A stretch of DNA of 64,000 nt from Octopus vulgaris. Lineage: Eukaryota. The notes below the pieces were generated by a model that saw only the letters and a list, made by a program, of their open reading frames with translations, was not told where the DNA came from and made no database searches. The translations under genes were made by a program, and so were the position numbers. The stretch lies in contig OX597818.1 of NCBI GenBank assembly GCA_951406725.2, positions 46,686,001 to 46,750,000 on the forward strand, read 5' to 3'. Of the stretch, positions 1-13,796 are shown in pieces (within the stretch, counting starts at the first letter, position 1; the number at the start of each line of letters is the position of its first letter).

Positions 1-48
<48 letters not shown>

Positions 49-72
49 TCTCTCTCCATATATATATATATA
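1..72. repeat. (TC)n followed by (TA)n microsatellite
   Basis: Directly visible. Confidence 0.95.
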
Positions 73-740
73 CTAGCTGAATTACCTGGCGTTGCCTGGG
101 TTACTGCCGTTCTTATTCCGATTACTAAACTATAAATATGAAGATATATTTTTTCTCATAATTATTTCAAAATATCTAAATCTTATTTTTAAAAATCCAA
201 ATTGTAATGATAATAGAACTTAGAACTGAAAATCTGTCAATCTTGAAGCACCCCAGGTTAAATAAAATTCATTGTGTAATTTTTTTGTTGGTGTCCAAAA
301 GAATAGATTGTTGCTACTTCCAGCTCGTGAGCAACCAACATAGAGTTGGCCGTGGGAGAAGCGTGTAGTAGAGAGATGAAGTCCAACTACCTTGAGGAGT
401 TGACCCTTAGATTTGTTAATTGAAATACCAAAACTTAGTTTGGCTGGAAACTGAAGCCTCTTAAATTCAAATGGAACATCTGTAGGTATGAGAGGAAATT
501 TTGGAACAAAGACATTTTCTTCTTTGTGACTACTTGTTATGACTGTTGCTTGTAGGACATGAGGCTTCATGGAAGTAATAATTAAGCGAGTTTCATTACA
601 CAGGCGAGGTGTGTCAAGATTCGTAAGCATCACAATGGAAGCATCCAGCTTTAGTGTAAAGTTCTGCGGCGGCATCCCAGTGGGTTTTAATATTTTCAGA
701 AACTCAACCGGGTATTGAAGCCAGTATAGCTCTTTCACAG
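73..740 (-). mobile_element. Helitron 3' fragment: PIF1-like helicase C-terminus plus 3' hairpin and CTAG end
   Basis: ORF 220-738(-) contains GMPPQNFTLK, RLCNETRL, FKRLQFPAKLSFGISINKSKGQ and FSHGQLYVGCSR, which are typical Helitron/PIF1 motifs. The minus strand ends cccaggcaacgccaggtaattcagCTAG|T at 73. Confidence 0.9.
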
Positions 741-1344
741 TTGGAGCCAGTATAGCGCTCAGATAGCCAGTTTATATCAGTGTGATTGACAATCACACAT
801 ACACTTACACACACATACGATGTCACATACACTCTCACATACACTCACATACATATACTAAGACAGACACACACAGATATACATTTACGTAACAACACAC
901 AAAAAAACACACACTCACAGAGACACTCATATACAACATGAGTCGTCGTCGTCGTATAAAATGTCCTTTACAACAGTTGACTATAGAAAGATATTCTAGA
1001 TAAAATGTTATATTGTTTGAATCCAAATGAAAAGAAAAGTTACACGTTGACACTCGTGGAGTCTAATACTATAACCTGCAAAGTTTCCAGAAATGTGCAA
1101 CCACTTAAACTCTGATAAACTCTCATGATAACAACACACCGATGACGTAAAAGAAAAAGAAAACATCGCGAGTACTAGGTTTCATCTTAAGGACCAGAAA
1201 ATATTTTAGCAATGAAGGGTTGCTGACCCTCACAGAAAAACAGGTGTGGCCTACATCTGGGACAGTGCAGATGCTACATACACACACCGTTTAAAAATAG
1301 CCGGCCAAATGATTAGCAATCTTTTACTCGCCAAATACACTGTA

Positions 1345-1447
1345 ACTACTACCTCACCTTCAACAAAAACTACTACTACTACTACCACCACCAGCATCAC
1401 TACAATTACCACCACCACCACCACCACTATTACCATCACTACCACTG
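1345..1447. repeat. (ACT)n/(ACC)n trinucleotide microsatellite
   Basis: Directly visible; it explains the poly-Thr and poly-Val ORFs. Confidence 0.9.
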
Positions 1448-2110
1448 CACAGTTCCTACTTCTCTGTACTGGCAAGCTGTGTACCACCTCATCTAGGTTT
1501 ACCCCCCCCAGGCACCCGCCGCTCCTCATCTGAATTTTATGTTCGAAATACATAACAAACATCTCGTACAATCCTTCCGCCATAAACACTCCAGATCGCA
1601 ACCATCTGGAATACTTTCCCTCCGAGCAATCAATCTACTGAAATTTGAGTTAAACATCAATCTCAAAAGGTCTGTAAAATGTTCTACAAAACTTACAGAG
1701 TTTATGAACCCTTAATGAATAGCTGTTATGACGAGTCAAACATATATTTTCTTGTCTCCCTTTTTCCTTGTGTGTGTGTTTGTCTGTGGAGTATATTATT
1801 TATCATCAATTATCACAAAATGATATCAATTTTAGAGGAAACTACATTCATGTGGTATAGTATATGTGAGTATCTATGAGTATCTGTGTTATTCAACACC
1901 GCTACAGCTGTATGTATCATGTATAGAGTATATAAACACAATGTATATATACTGTTTATGAGCGATCTGGCCTGGATCATTTTTCTGTTTTTTCTAAATG
2001 TAGACCATATGATGTTTCTTACTGTTTATCAACTTACTGTTCAAGAGAGAAAGTACCTTAAAGGGGTAATGATGATAATGAAACGGTTTATAACAGAGTG
2101 AGCTGTTATA

Positions 2111-2251
2111 AGGCGGTGAGCTGGCAGAATCGTTAGCACGCCGGGTGAAATGCTTAGCGGTATTTCGTCTGGCGTTACGTTCTGAGTTCAAATCCCGCCG
2201 AGGTCGACTTTGCCTTTCATCCTTTCGGGGTCGATAAATTAAGTACCAGTT
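2111..2251 (+). mobile_element. SINE family B, 3'-truncated (tRNA-like head plus GCCTTTCATCCTTTCGGGGTCGATAAA domain)
   Basis: Matches many other copies in the window. It has A-box-like (TGGCAGAATCG) and B-box-like (GAGTTCAAATCC) motifs. Confidence 0.85.
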
Positions 2252-3792
2252 ATAACAGAGTGAATGTAACGTTGGGATAGTGTTGTAATTTTAAATCTTT
2301 GGATTGTTAAAAGAATTTTACAGTAACTAATCTCGCATCTGATATACTAAAAAGGGAGATTTAGTTATGTTTTTTAACATTAAATTTTCTTTTTGTTCTT
2401 TGTTAATTTTGTTTATTCTATTAGCCCACCAACGCGTGTGCATATTGTATACATACGATTGAAGATATTTTAATCTACGGAGCTGTCTTGATTCTCTGTT
2501 GGTACAGTATCCAGTTGCAAGGGCATACTATAATGTTTATATCATGCTATAATGTTTACTTAAACTTATCCAGCGTACGTATCGTTCTTCAGATCAACCT
2601 TCTGTTCTCTTCCTTCTTGTACACACAGATTTGGAGATGTTTGCTTCGGGGCATCAATTAATGTATGTTATACTTTCACCTGGGCGCAAAGCTAAACCTT
2701 TACATCTTCAGCAGTTTGATATTCGTCATCAGAAAACATTGTTTTTTGTTTTTATAACATTCTAAGGAATTTTTTATATTAGAAACTTTGCAAACGATGG
2801 AAGAAAGCTATTAATTTCCGTCGGTTATGTTCTGTCATTTACAGACGAAAAGAATATTGCACTCAAATAAGAAGCTACAACGAATTTACATTACTTTGTT
2901 TCGTCTGAATTTGTTTGTAATATATCATACTTAGAGGATTTATATTTTTTAAACAATTTTAATGTCTTATACCGATTAATATATAATAGCGCCCAGGGCT
3001 TGTATTTCTATGATACTTCTATCATATTTATCTAAGCGCTTTTCTTTAAAAATTGTTTCTGATAAGGTACAAAGCTGGCAGTTTCAAGAAGATGGGTTAG
3101 TCGATTACATCGGCACCACCGCCATTATTCGACTGGTGCTTTATTCTATCAACACCAAAAAGATTAAAAACAAAGATGACCCCGACGAGATCTGAACTCA
3201 GAACATAAAAATCCCGGTATATGCCGCCTGACATGTTTTCCGAAATTCTGTTCATCCCTCGCCATCACATTTTTTTTTGTTGAAAAATTTTCTGATTAAG
3301 GCACAAAGCCAGCAATCTTAAGAGGAAAGCTTTGTGGAAAGGAAAAATTAGAAACATATTCTAACAACATGTCTCTATATGTTCGCTCAATGGAATTTGG
3401 CAAACATTGGTGTTCCGAATTTGTTGTCTGTGGACTCGTAAGCGTTTCGATAATGCATTCCCTGTCTCGCCTATATATAATTCCTCGTGATTCGGGTATT
3501 TAATGTAGTAGATACAAATTTCTGGTATTTTACTTTACCGACTCCTAAAGAGGGAAATGCAAAGTTAACTCCGGGGAGATTTGCACTGTGAATGTGAAGA
3601 GCTGAACTTGTGAGTTTGGATAAGTTTGGATAAGTTCGTGTCATAAACTCACGAACATCGGACTCTCTGGTTGTTTTGTTTTGTTTTGTTTTCATTTAGA
3701 AAATACAGAAATTATTTATTCTAAATTCCACTAACCTTTAAATGAATTAATGTATTCTATACACATTCACACACATTCGAAACAATATATAT

Positions 3793-3831
<39 letters not shown>

Positions 3832-3979
3832 TATATATATATATATATTGATTTGAAAACCCCACTAGAATGGGAGAAAGTGCTAATGATCTAAGTGATA
3901 TGATATATATGTAAAAAATGTAATATATAAATAAATATCTGTAAATATAAACCATCCGATCTTCTGATTACCTCATTTC

Positions 3980-4017
<38 letters not shown>

Positions 4018-4089
4018 GATGCTGTTCCTAGTGTGGGGTAGACAACTGAGTGGAACCAGTAAAAGAATACAAGGGTGTATAGTGCGAGT

Positions 4090-4091
4090 GA

Positions 4092-4142
<51 letters not shown>
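4090..4142. repeat. (GAAA)n microsatellite
   Basis: Directly visible. Confidence 0.95.
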
Positions 4143-4386
4143 GCAAAATATTTATCTGAATGAATGAAAAAAAGTTGATGAATCCCTATAGAGAAAGATG
4201 GGATCTATTTCCCTTACACTTTTTCTGCACGCTGAGCCAAATTAAAAGTGTTTTGTTTTTTTTTCTCCAGATTCAAGCACATGTTCGTCCGAATGGATTC
4301 TAATGGCATGCACGACATTGAAATGTTTTGTAGCAGAAACAGTGCAGGTTTTCTATCAAGCGTTAGTCTTCTCAAGAACTGTGTGA

Positions 4387-5082
4387 TTATCTCGTTACCT
4401 CTAACTCAAAGTAATGAACGGAACACCAATCCCAGCTTAGGAAATATTCAAGGAAATCAGTTGGATCTGCCTCAAACGATGTCAGATTTTCCCATGATGT
4501 GATAAACCTGGTGCGCTTTCGATCAGGTGTTAAAAGACATGACACCCACCGAGCAGAAACCTTCATCATTCCAAGTTCATTGCCCAAAATATTCTCAACT
4601 CTTTCATGGGATGTGTTAATAACATTGGTTATTTGATTTATAGACAATCGCCTTTCATACATCACCATGTGGTAAACGCGGTCAATGTATTCCTCAGTGG
4701 TGGCCATCGCAGGACGTCCACACTTTGGGTGATCTTCAATACTCTCCGTTCCCCTCCTAAATTCAGCTGCCCACTTTTACAATGTTGATGAAGCTGGAGC
4801 GTCATCTCCTAATGCGGCAACCATGTCAGCATGAATGTCCTTCGGGGCGGGGGAGCCTAAACCCTTTTTCTGCAGGTACTTGATAACACCACGGTGCTAA
4901 ATTTTGTGTTTTCAAGAGAAGTCGCTACAGATATTTTTGAAGTCTTCTTTGAAGAGTCTGATGTCACTATCTGGGAAGAAACAATACTGTCGAAATAAGA
5001 GCTGAAATTAATACATGCAAGATTTCATAGCACTAACATCACTCCTTCATAGTCAGTCATTGAACTTTTCAGCCCACCCTCC
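4387..5082 (-). mobile_element. Decayed mariner transposon, 5' half with TIR
   Basis: ORF 4387-4707(-) contains RRLSINQI...ILGNELGMMKVSARWVSCLLT (HTH plus WVPRLL-like linker). A TIR-like GAACTTTTCAGCCCACCCTC lies near 5062-5081. Confidence 0.85.
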
Positions 5083-5636
5083 TATGCATTCATTTGGACA
5101 ATTTCTATTTCCGTTCTTCTCAATCTAAGAACTCCATGTGGAAGAGGTTTTTTTCTCACACATTTCTGCATACAGACTTTGCTAACACCTTATATTCTTT
5201 CGTTTCTGTATTCTTAATAAAATTGTTATAAAGTATATCAACCCCTTTATCCATTTATCTTCACCTACATTATGAATAGGGTTTTTCAAGAATAATTGTC
5301 CCTCACCCGCTCGCAAGATCTTGATCATGTTTCAATTCGGCCCACAAAGCCAAAAGAATTTGACACTTGTTCTACATCTAGAACATAGTAGTAGAATAAC
5401 AACCGCGATAAATTCTTATTTATCTCGTATTTAATCTCCACGCTCTTGTGAAATTTATGAACTCAATAAATTCGAAACAGTATCATCTGTAAAAGACCTC
5501 TTAATCTGAAGAAAAAAAACGCAGTATAGGAAGTTATAACTAGTTGTTTAATTTGTTTTAGTCATTATGGTTCAGACCTTACTGGAGCCTCCGCCTTCAA
5601 AAATCGCAATGCTAGTATGATGAATTAATTAAATTT

Positions 5637-6014
5637 TTACTTGTTTCAGTCATTTGACTGCGGCCATGCTGGAGCACCGCCTTTAGTCGATCAAATCGAC
5701 CCCGGGACTTATTCTTTCTAAGCCCAGTACTTATTCTATCGGTCTCTTTTGCCGAACCGCTAAGTTACGGGGACGCAAACACGCCAGCATCGGTTGTCAA
5801 GCGATGTTGAGGGGACAGACACACAAACACACACACATATATATATACATATATACGACGGGCTTCTTTCAGTTTCCGTCGACCAAATCCACTCACAAGG
5901 CTTTGGTCGGCCCGAGGCTACAGTAGAAGACACTTGCCCAAGGTGCCACGCAGTGGGATTGAACCCGGAACCATGTGGCTGGTAAGCAAGCTACTTAACC
6001 ACACAGCCACTCCT
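5637..6014 (-). mobile_element. SINE family A (tRNA head, CORE-like domain, internal microsatellite, GAAACAAGTAAAAGA tail)
   Basis: More than 15 copies in the window. GGCACCTTGGGCAAGTGTCTT resembles the CORE-SINE core; it may be the octopus OR2 type (inference). Confidence 0.9.
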
Positions 6015-6744
6015 TAATTAAATTTTTTGACGAACTAGCTTAAAGTGGCGATTTGACACGAGTCGTTAGGAGTGGCAGATATAATGTCTTACAGTATTTT
6101 GATTCTCTACGTTCTGAGTTCAAGTCTAACGGAAGCCAGCTTTCTCTTTCATCCTTTCGAGGTCGATAAGAAAATTCCAATCCCGGCTGGTGATTAGCAG
6201 AAGTGTAAAAACGTAGAACCGGATATCTTACAGTATTTGTTTGGGTTTTTGGCATTCTTACTTCATGTTCCACTATAGCAGCAAACTTAAACCGATTTAA
6301 CACTAATACAGAAAATGCTTTTAACGGAGATCATTCTTTTTGAAGTATTCAGACAGTCTCCGATTTTAAGAAACCTTTGCGGGAGAGAATGAGAACTCCT
6401 GTAAAGCACCGCCTTATCTCCTGATTAAAGGATTTGAAAAATGCTATAAAAATCGTTAATTTGTCTGAAAGTTTAACACATTTTATTCACCGATAAAAGA
6501 TCGCTATTTCATTGCTGGGTTTTTGAACGAAAGCAAATCTTATTAGAATTACAGTAATTACATATAGATGTATTGATTTTTCTGATGAAAATTCAAGTAA
6601 ACTAAGTTAATTTCGTATAATCATATGAAAACAATAATTTGCATTGATCGACCACTAATCTGTACTGATGGGAAAACGTTTGGGACTCTTTGCTTCATTC
6701 TTTTTCTTTCCTTTTGAATGTTTCAAGTGGTTTAGCCCCAAGTA

Positions 6745-7196
6745 ACATACATGCACACATACATACATACACGATTACATGCGTTCATATACATACATAT
6801 ACATACTGAAACATACATATACATGCTAAAACATACATATACACATACATACATACATACATACATATAAACATATACACACAAATAAATATACACACAC
6901 ATATACACACTTACATACGCACACAAATATATACTCACACGTATATATATACACATACTTATATACACGCATATACAAGCACATACATTCATACATACAT
7001 ACATACATACATACATACATACATACCCACATACATACACACATACATACATACACACACTCACACATACATACATACATACATACATACATACATACAT
7101 ACATACATACATACATACATACATACATACATACATACATACATACATACATACATACATACATACATACATACATACATACATACATACATACAT
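6745..7196. repeat. (ATAC)n microsatellite, degenerate on the left and pure on the right
   Basis: Directly visible; source of the MYVC ORFs. Confidence 0.95.
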
Positions 7197-7447
7197 TTTA
7201 ATATATGGAAAATAATATCCAAACTCCTCATAAAGATATACCCGTGTGAAAATACTTATTGTATTAAAAATATATAAATAAATAAATGTAAATATATATA
7301 AAAATATATGTAAATATGTATAAGTATAAATATAATATATAAATGTATTTGATAGTTTAAAAGTTTTGAATTAATTATTTAAAGCATCTTACGATCGTTT
7401 CACAGAAGAATTGTCCCTATAAGGAAATCCTATATCGATAAGCATAT

Positions 7448-7669
7448 ACTCTCTTTTACTCTTTTACTCTTTTACTTGTTTCAGTCATTTGACTGCGGCC
7501 GTGCTGGAGCACCGCCTTTAATCGAGCAAATCGACCCCAGGACTTATTCTTTGTAAGCCCAGTACTCATTCTATCGGTCTCTTTTGCCGAACCGCTAAGT
7601 GACGGGTACGTAAACACACCAGCATCGGTTGTCAAGCAATGCTAGGGGGACAAACACAGACACACAAAT

Positions 7670-7707
<38 letters not shown>

Positions 7708-7880
7708 ATATATATACGACAGGCTTCTTTCAGTTTCCGTCTACCAAATCCACTCACAAGGCATTGGTCGGTCCGGGGCTATAGCAGAAGACACTTGCCC
7801 AAGATGCCACGCAGTGGGACTGAACCCGGAACCATGTGGCTGGTTAGCAAGCTACTTACCACACAGCCACTCCTGCGCCT
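7448..7880 (-). mobile_element. SINE family A, full length
   Basis: Head, CORE-like body and (TAAAAGAG)n tail are present. Confidence 0.9.
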
Positions 7881-8407
7881 ATATATATATATACTCACAC
7901 ATACATTTACATACAAATGCATGTGTGTGTGCTTGGGTTGGGATTGAAAGCCAACAAACTTATTTAGTGCTAATCAATCCCTAATCAATGCATGAAGCAA
8001 CAATAATCTTTAAAAACCTGTTTGTTCTGTTTTCCCTTTTGTTATCCTTATTCTCGTAACTGCCGAAATATATTAATAGGAAGATAATAGTTTTTAGGAG
8101 TATAAGAATTTTTTTACATCGCCAAATAATGTAAGCAGAGTGTTTAAATTAAATGATACTGACATCAAGGCTATGGAATGATGGGCGTCGACAAAACAAT
8201 CTGCTACTTGCTTTCATGAGAGAAGATTCTCGGTTGAACGTTGCCAAATTTGCAGCAGAAACTCCATTTATTGATAGCTTCGACTAAGTGTTAAGTATCT
8301 GTGGCATTGCCCTGCCAGATATTTTGTGATCACAGATGGTTAGACTGACAACAACCGATTGTTTTCCCTCTCACTATCTCTCTCTCTCACTTCCCTGCCC
8401 TATCCCC

Positions 8408-8456
<49 letters not shown>

Positions 8457-8587
8457 TCTTTTTTATTCTCTTCAATTTTTTTTGTTCAAACATCGGTCAA
8501 TATACTCAGTTCCGTTCTATAGTTTCCATCTGTTGTTATGTAAGCTTCGAGGACATATTACAATTTCAGCCAGACACTGTCTTTATA

Positions 8588-8796
8588 CGAAAGGTGCTGA
8601 AAAGTTCCTGGCTTTGGGTAAATGAAAATACAGGAGGATCAGTTAATTATGACTTTATTCAACATATTCTCCGCTCATATTGCAGCACAGCAGTTCTTAA
8701 GTTTTTCTAAGCCCTGTAAAAGAGCTTGGAATGCTGAGCCTCTAACCAGGCCTTTCGCGACACCCTTGAAGTCAGGAACTTTTCATCACCCCCTCG
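8588..8796. mobile_element. Mariner-type MITE (~209 bp)
   Basis: TA|CGAAAGGTGCTGAAAAGTTCCTG ... CAGGAACTTTTCATCACCCCCTCG|TA: imperfect TIRs with a TA duplication. Confidence 0.8.
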
Positions 8797-8943
8797 TACG
8801 TTCAAAATTAAAAACCTCGTGTAAATTAAACCAGCACCAGGGTTCTTCATGTATAAAACTAAAATCAATCAAAGAAATAATCTTATAGATTTTCAGTTAC
8901 TGAGTACTATTATGTCCGGTACATGAATTGCAACTGTTTATAT

Positions 8944-9106
8944 GGCGTAGGAGTGGGTGTGTGGTAAGTAGCTTGCTTACGAACCACATGGTTCCAGGTT
9001 CAGTCCCACTGCGTGGCACCTTGGGCAAGTGTCTTCTACTATAGCCTCGGGCCGACCAAAGCCTTGTGAGTGGATTTTGTAGACGGAAACTGAAAGAAGC
9101 CCATCG

Positions 9107-9148
<42 letters not shown>

Positions 9149-9428
9149 TGTGTATGTGCGTGTGTGTGTGTATGTATGTATGTATGTATGTATGTATGTA
9201 TGTATATGTTTGTGTGTCTGTGTTTCTCCCCCCAACATCGCTTGACAATCGATGCTGATGTGTTTACGTCCCCGTAACTTAGCGGTTCGGCAAAAGACAC
9301 GGATAGAATAAGTACTAAGCTTCCAAAGAATAAGTCCTGGGGTCGATTTGCTCTACTAAAGGCGGTGCTCCAGCATGGCCACAGTCACATGACTGAAACA
9401 AGTAAAAGAGAGTAAAAGAAAAAGAGAG
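8944..9428 (+). mobile_element. SINE family A, full length
   Basis: Matches the family consensus. Confidence 0.9.
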
Positions 9429-9454
9429 TATGTATTGTAACTCTATTCTGTAAA

Positions 9455-9855
9455 ACTGAGTTCAAATTCCGCTGAGGTCAACTTTGCCTTTACGCCTTTC
9501 GGGGTCGATTAAATAAGTATCAGTTGCACACTGGGGTCGATGTAATCAATCAACGTCCTTCCCAAAAATGTCAGACCTTACGCCTACTGTAGAACAGGAA
9601 TATATTCAGTAAAATATTACGTTTTTCTTCCTATTTTAATATTGGTTTCACATTTTGGCACAAGGCCAGCAATTATGAGGCAGGGGTTAAACTGATTACA
9701 TTGACCCCTGTGCTCAACTGGTACTTATTTTATCGACCCCGAATGGATGAAAGGCAAAGTCGACCTCGGCGGAATTAGAACTCAGAATGTAAAAGCGGAG
9801 GATATGCCGCTAAGCATTTTACCAGGAGTGCCAACAAATCTTTCAGCTCGCTACG
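9455..9855. mobile_element. Two older SINE-B copies, tail to tail (+ 9455-9590; - 9640-9855)
   Basis: Both carry the GCCTTT..TTCGGGGTCGAT domain, in opposite orientations. Confidence 0.7.
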
Positions 9856-10259
9856 GCGGTTGTCGTCGTGGCGTGGTGGTGATGGTAGTGGGGCAGGTAT
9901 TGATTGGATGTGCACCAATGTTGTGCCTAAGATAATGATGACAATAAATAAGGATTTCTAGTGGTTTTGGTGTCTGCCAGTGGTGATGAGGGTGATAAAG
10001 ATAATAATAATAACAGTGATAATGAAGGTGGCGGGTTTAATATTTGTGGTAGTAAGGATGGTGGTGGTGAGTCAGTGAAATAAACCAATGTTCTGCCTTC
10101 TCTCTGACCCGACCTGAAAAATTGCCACTTCAGGTGGTGCCACTCCAAGAGTCATCACCCTCAGGGTATCCTACCCGAAGAATCATCATCCTACCAAAGT
10201 CTGGAGTGACGATTCTACAGATGATACTTTATTTGAATTTCATATCTGGCATTCTCTGA

Positions 10260-10635
10260 AATGCTCCCATCCCGCCTGGGACCGCACCAAGCTATATGAT
10301 ACAAATTCTCTGTTTAAAAGAAATTTTAATTATCATCTTCAATCAAAATTTCATATTAAGTTATATTCCCAACACAGCTATATAAAAAAAGTTATTTTAA
10401 TAATTTCTTCATTAATTTTGAAATTAATTGAATCAAAAACAGAAATACGGTCACAAAAGAGTTACACATGAAAAGGGTTAAAATTTAAATTTTCCATTAA
10501 GATTCCATAGTAAACGATCTTCAAACTCCAGTTCAATATGAACAATATTATTTCAATAAGTTCTTCATTATTTTCAAAATGAATTAAAACAAAGGCTGTG
10601 TGCTTCAACACAAATACAAGGATAAAAAAGGGTCA
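10260..10635 (+). mobile_element. Two decayed copies of a piggyBac-like MITE family (related to 59720-59935)
   Basis: Similar to the 59720 copy; the first ends AAAGGG|TTAA. Confidence 0.5.
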
Positions 10636-12084
10636 CACACGAAAGTAACTACGGAGAAAATTGTCTTATTTCTAACACAAAGTTCGTATTGTTTTGCCTT
10701 TTAATTGATCAAACGACAGCAGATTAACAAGAGCATATCATTGTGAAATGCACATCCTATCGTAGCATCGATTTGACCTTTTCGTAAGGAATAGGAATTT
10801 TCTACTACGACATTACTCTTGGGTGTATGCCAAGACTTTCATTTAACTGAAGAAACATTGAAACATAAATGGAAAGATACACGAACAAACTTGAGGGGTT
10901 CGTGGTTTGTTTAAATTATACCAATGCTTTCGTTGAAGTTAAAGTCTTTTCATTTCTTAACTCTTGCCAAACATTTGTAATCGAGTACTAATCCAAATAT
11001 TAATTCCTTACACCGATACATGGTGTTTGTAACACCCCCCAATGGCATTAACAATGTAAGTGAAATCTTATATTGCCAAAGAGGTATTGAAATCGAGTAG
11101 AAACTAGCCTTCTGCGAAGCTTGCATTTTACTTTACGATGCTTATATGTGTGTGAGTGTGTTTGTGTTTGTGTGTGCGTGTGTGTGTGTGTGTACGTGTG
11201 TGTGTGTGTGTGTGTGCGTGTGTGTGTGTGTGTGTGTTTATGTGTGCATGTGTGCATGTGGGTATGTGGTGTATGAGTATTTCATTTTGACTAAGCAGAA
11301 AGACTAACAGTTTTAAGAGAAGCAAAAGTGTGATGTTTCAATCTTTCTTAATAGAGTTTATGTCTGAAGTTAAGAGAAATGGTTTCAAATTGCAATCTCG
11401 GGTTACTAAGAATGTAACGTTGGTAATCTAAATTGTTTTTGATTTAGCCGCAAGGTCAGCGTGGTAGCTAACAGATTATGTCAACCCATGTATTTGAATA
11501 ATAATTTATTTTGTCAAAAGGGTGGAAGGCAAAGATTACTTCGGCAGGATTTGCACTCACTTGGTACTATGTATTGATTAATACAAATATTTTTATTTGA
11601 GCATTTTTGCCAGCACACAATCATTAAAGCATCGGGCAAAATGTCTTGCGAATATTTGGTCTCCACCTTTGACTTTGTGAATTCAAATCCAGCTGAGATC
11701 AAGTATGTCTGTCATTCTTCCAAGTTCGATTAGATAAAGTACCGGTTGAGTATTTTGGGCCGATTTAATATCCTTTTAAAGTTTTGTGGATTTAAAAAAC
11801 ATTATAATTTATAGGAAACGTAACATATTGCTGGTTCTTATTTTATGGACTCAATTGGAATTGAAATATAGAATACAAACAGGTGAAACAAAACACTGCA
11901 AAAGTATTAGTCTGACACCTTTTCTTCTACCTTACACAAGTGGTTTTATGTTTTCTTTGTACAAGACACAAAGAAAACTTTTATGCAATGACTGAGATAA
12001 GTAAAAGAGGATAAACCTACGTAGTAAGCATACAAACGTGGCAAATTCACCTATTTCTCCAGAGATTGAGAAAAATTATGAACA

Positions 12085-12250
12085 GGCGTAGGAGTGGCTG
12101 TGTGGTAAGTAGCTTGCTTACCAACCACATGATTCCGGGTTCAGTCCCACTGCTTGGCACCTTGGACAAGTGTCTTCTACTATAGCCTCGGACTGACCAA
12201 AGCCTTGTGAGTGGATTTGGTAGACGGAAACCGAAAAGAAGCCCGTCGTA

Positions 12251-12283
<33 letters not shown>

Positions 12284-12515
12284 GCGTGTGTGTGTTTGTG
12301 TTTATGCGTTTACGTTTGTCCCCCCCACGAACATCGCTTGCCAACCGATGCTGGTGTATTTACATCCCCGTCATTTAACGGTTCGGCAAAAGAGACCGAT
12401 AGAATAAGTACTAGGCTTCCAAAGAATAAGTCCTGGGGTCGATTTGCTCGACTAAAGGCGGTGCTCCAGCATGGTCGCAGTCAAATGACTGAAACAAGTA
12501 AAGGAGAGTAAAGAG
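12085..12515 (+). mobile_element. SINE family A, full length
   Basis: Matches the family consensus. Confidence 0.9.
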
Positions 12516-12815
12516 TATATAAGAAGCAGAAACTAAAATCAACTTTATTGTCAGTTTATTTCTTCTAAGAGCAAAAATATTTCTTAATACAAGTAGCGCT
12601 CCATGAAATAATGTGAAGATACAAGGAGAATGTAAATACCAAGTAATACTAATGAGAATTTTATTGAACTTTGTTTTATTCTGTTTATTCTTAAGTTGTA
12701 GTTTTACTACAGTTGCTGGCGTTGATTTCTCTGGTTTGAGGCGTTGATCTTTTGGTGAGAGGTGATATAAAGTGTTTTTTAAAAGAATAAGATAGAAATA
12801 AACGACCATGGAAAA

Positions 12816-13209
12816 TCTCTCTATATATAAAGCTGAAGTTGTCTGTGTATGGCAGGTTTGGTAGCCTTTAACTAACACTATCTCCTCCGAGACCCTGCGG
12901 CGCAAGTTGACCAAAATTGAGAGTATGATAGAAGAAGGCTTGCTCTTCATTCCGTAGAAGATAAAATTCAAATCGGACCATGTTAACACCAAACATTATT
13001 CACATCAAAAAGGTGATTTTTTTTTCTATGAAAATCTCTATTTTTTATGATTTTTTGACTGCTGTGTCGCCATTTTTCGTTGTATTTCAACCAGAAAAAT
13101 GTTCACTTAAAGAGAATAACAAGCTACATAATGCAAAATTTTTACTTTTCAAAGATTCCAATTCTAAAGGGTCGAAACAAACCCGAGCAACGCCGGGCGA
13201 TACTGCTAG
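12816..13209 (+). mobile_element. Complete non-autonomous Helitron (~394 bp)
   Basis: A|TCTCTCTATATATAAAGCTG at the 5' end; 3' hairpin CCCGAGCAACGCCGGG followed by CTAG|T. It sits in an A/T site with no TSD. Confidence 0.85.
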
Positions 13210-13796
13210 TTTTGAGAAAAAGTGAAATGGTGTCATGTGATTAATGTTTTGTGTTAAGTGGGCAGCAAATATTGAAAGTAAAGTTCGTGTCAAAACTGCA
13301 GTTTTATCTTGTTTCGACGTTAATGAGATACAGCTACAGTTGTAAATTAATCGTTTGCAAGATGAGCAACTGCGGGGAAGAAAACGGTAAGATTGTGTCA
13401 CGAGAAACAGCTTCAGCGTAAATACCTAAAGCTTAAACGAAAAGAAAAAAAATGGCGTATGTAAACATAGAGTTAACGTTAATAGACAAAATAATTACCC
13501 ATTAGTAAAAAGAAATAAAACTAAGAATTCAATTACGCACACACTCACACGCGCAACACACTTTACCAATGAATTGCATATTAATTAGTACTAACAAAAG
13601 ATACAGATACTTTACTTAATTTAATTATATAAATGACACTTTGAGAACTAACATAACCTTATGATAATTACTATCAATCAAATTACACGCCTGATGATAG
13701 GATCAGTTTTCAGGAAAACCGTTTTTGGAAGTCTATGATTTTCGTTTTTATCATTTCTCACTGACAAATGAAATATTTGAATTTAAGTGGTAGTTA

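Noticed and set aside
6732-7196. Long ORFs such as (MYVC)n, (YI)n, (HT)n and poly-Thr/Val throughout the window
   Set aside because: They are translations of microsatellites.
7639-7947. Recurrent ORFs such as ASFSFRLPNPLTR... and RPRKDERQSRPRRNLNSER
   Set aside because: They are chance frames in SINE-A and SINE-B, not a gene family.
12411-12992. 193-aa ORF, the longest in the track
   Set aside because: It spans a non-autonomous Helitron, AT-rich spacer and a SINE tail, and has no recognisable domain.
13692-13720. CTGATGA...GAAA as a hammerhead (also CTGATGA at ~15110 and ~63779)
   Set aside because: No convincing stems I-III, or no downstream GAAA.
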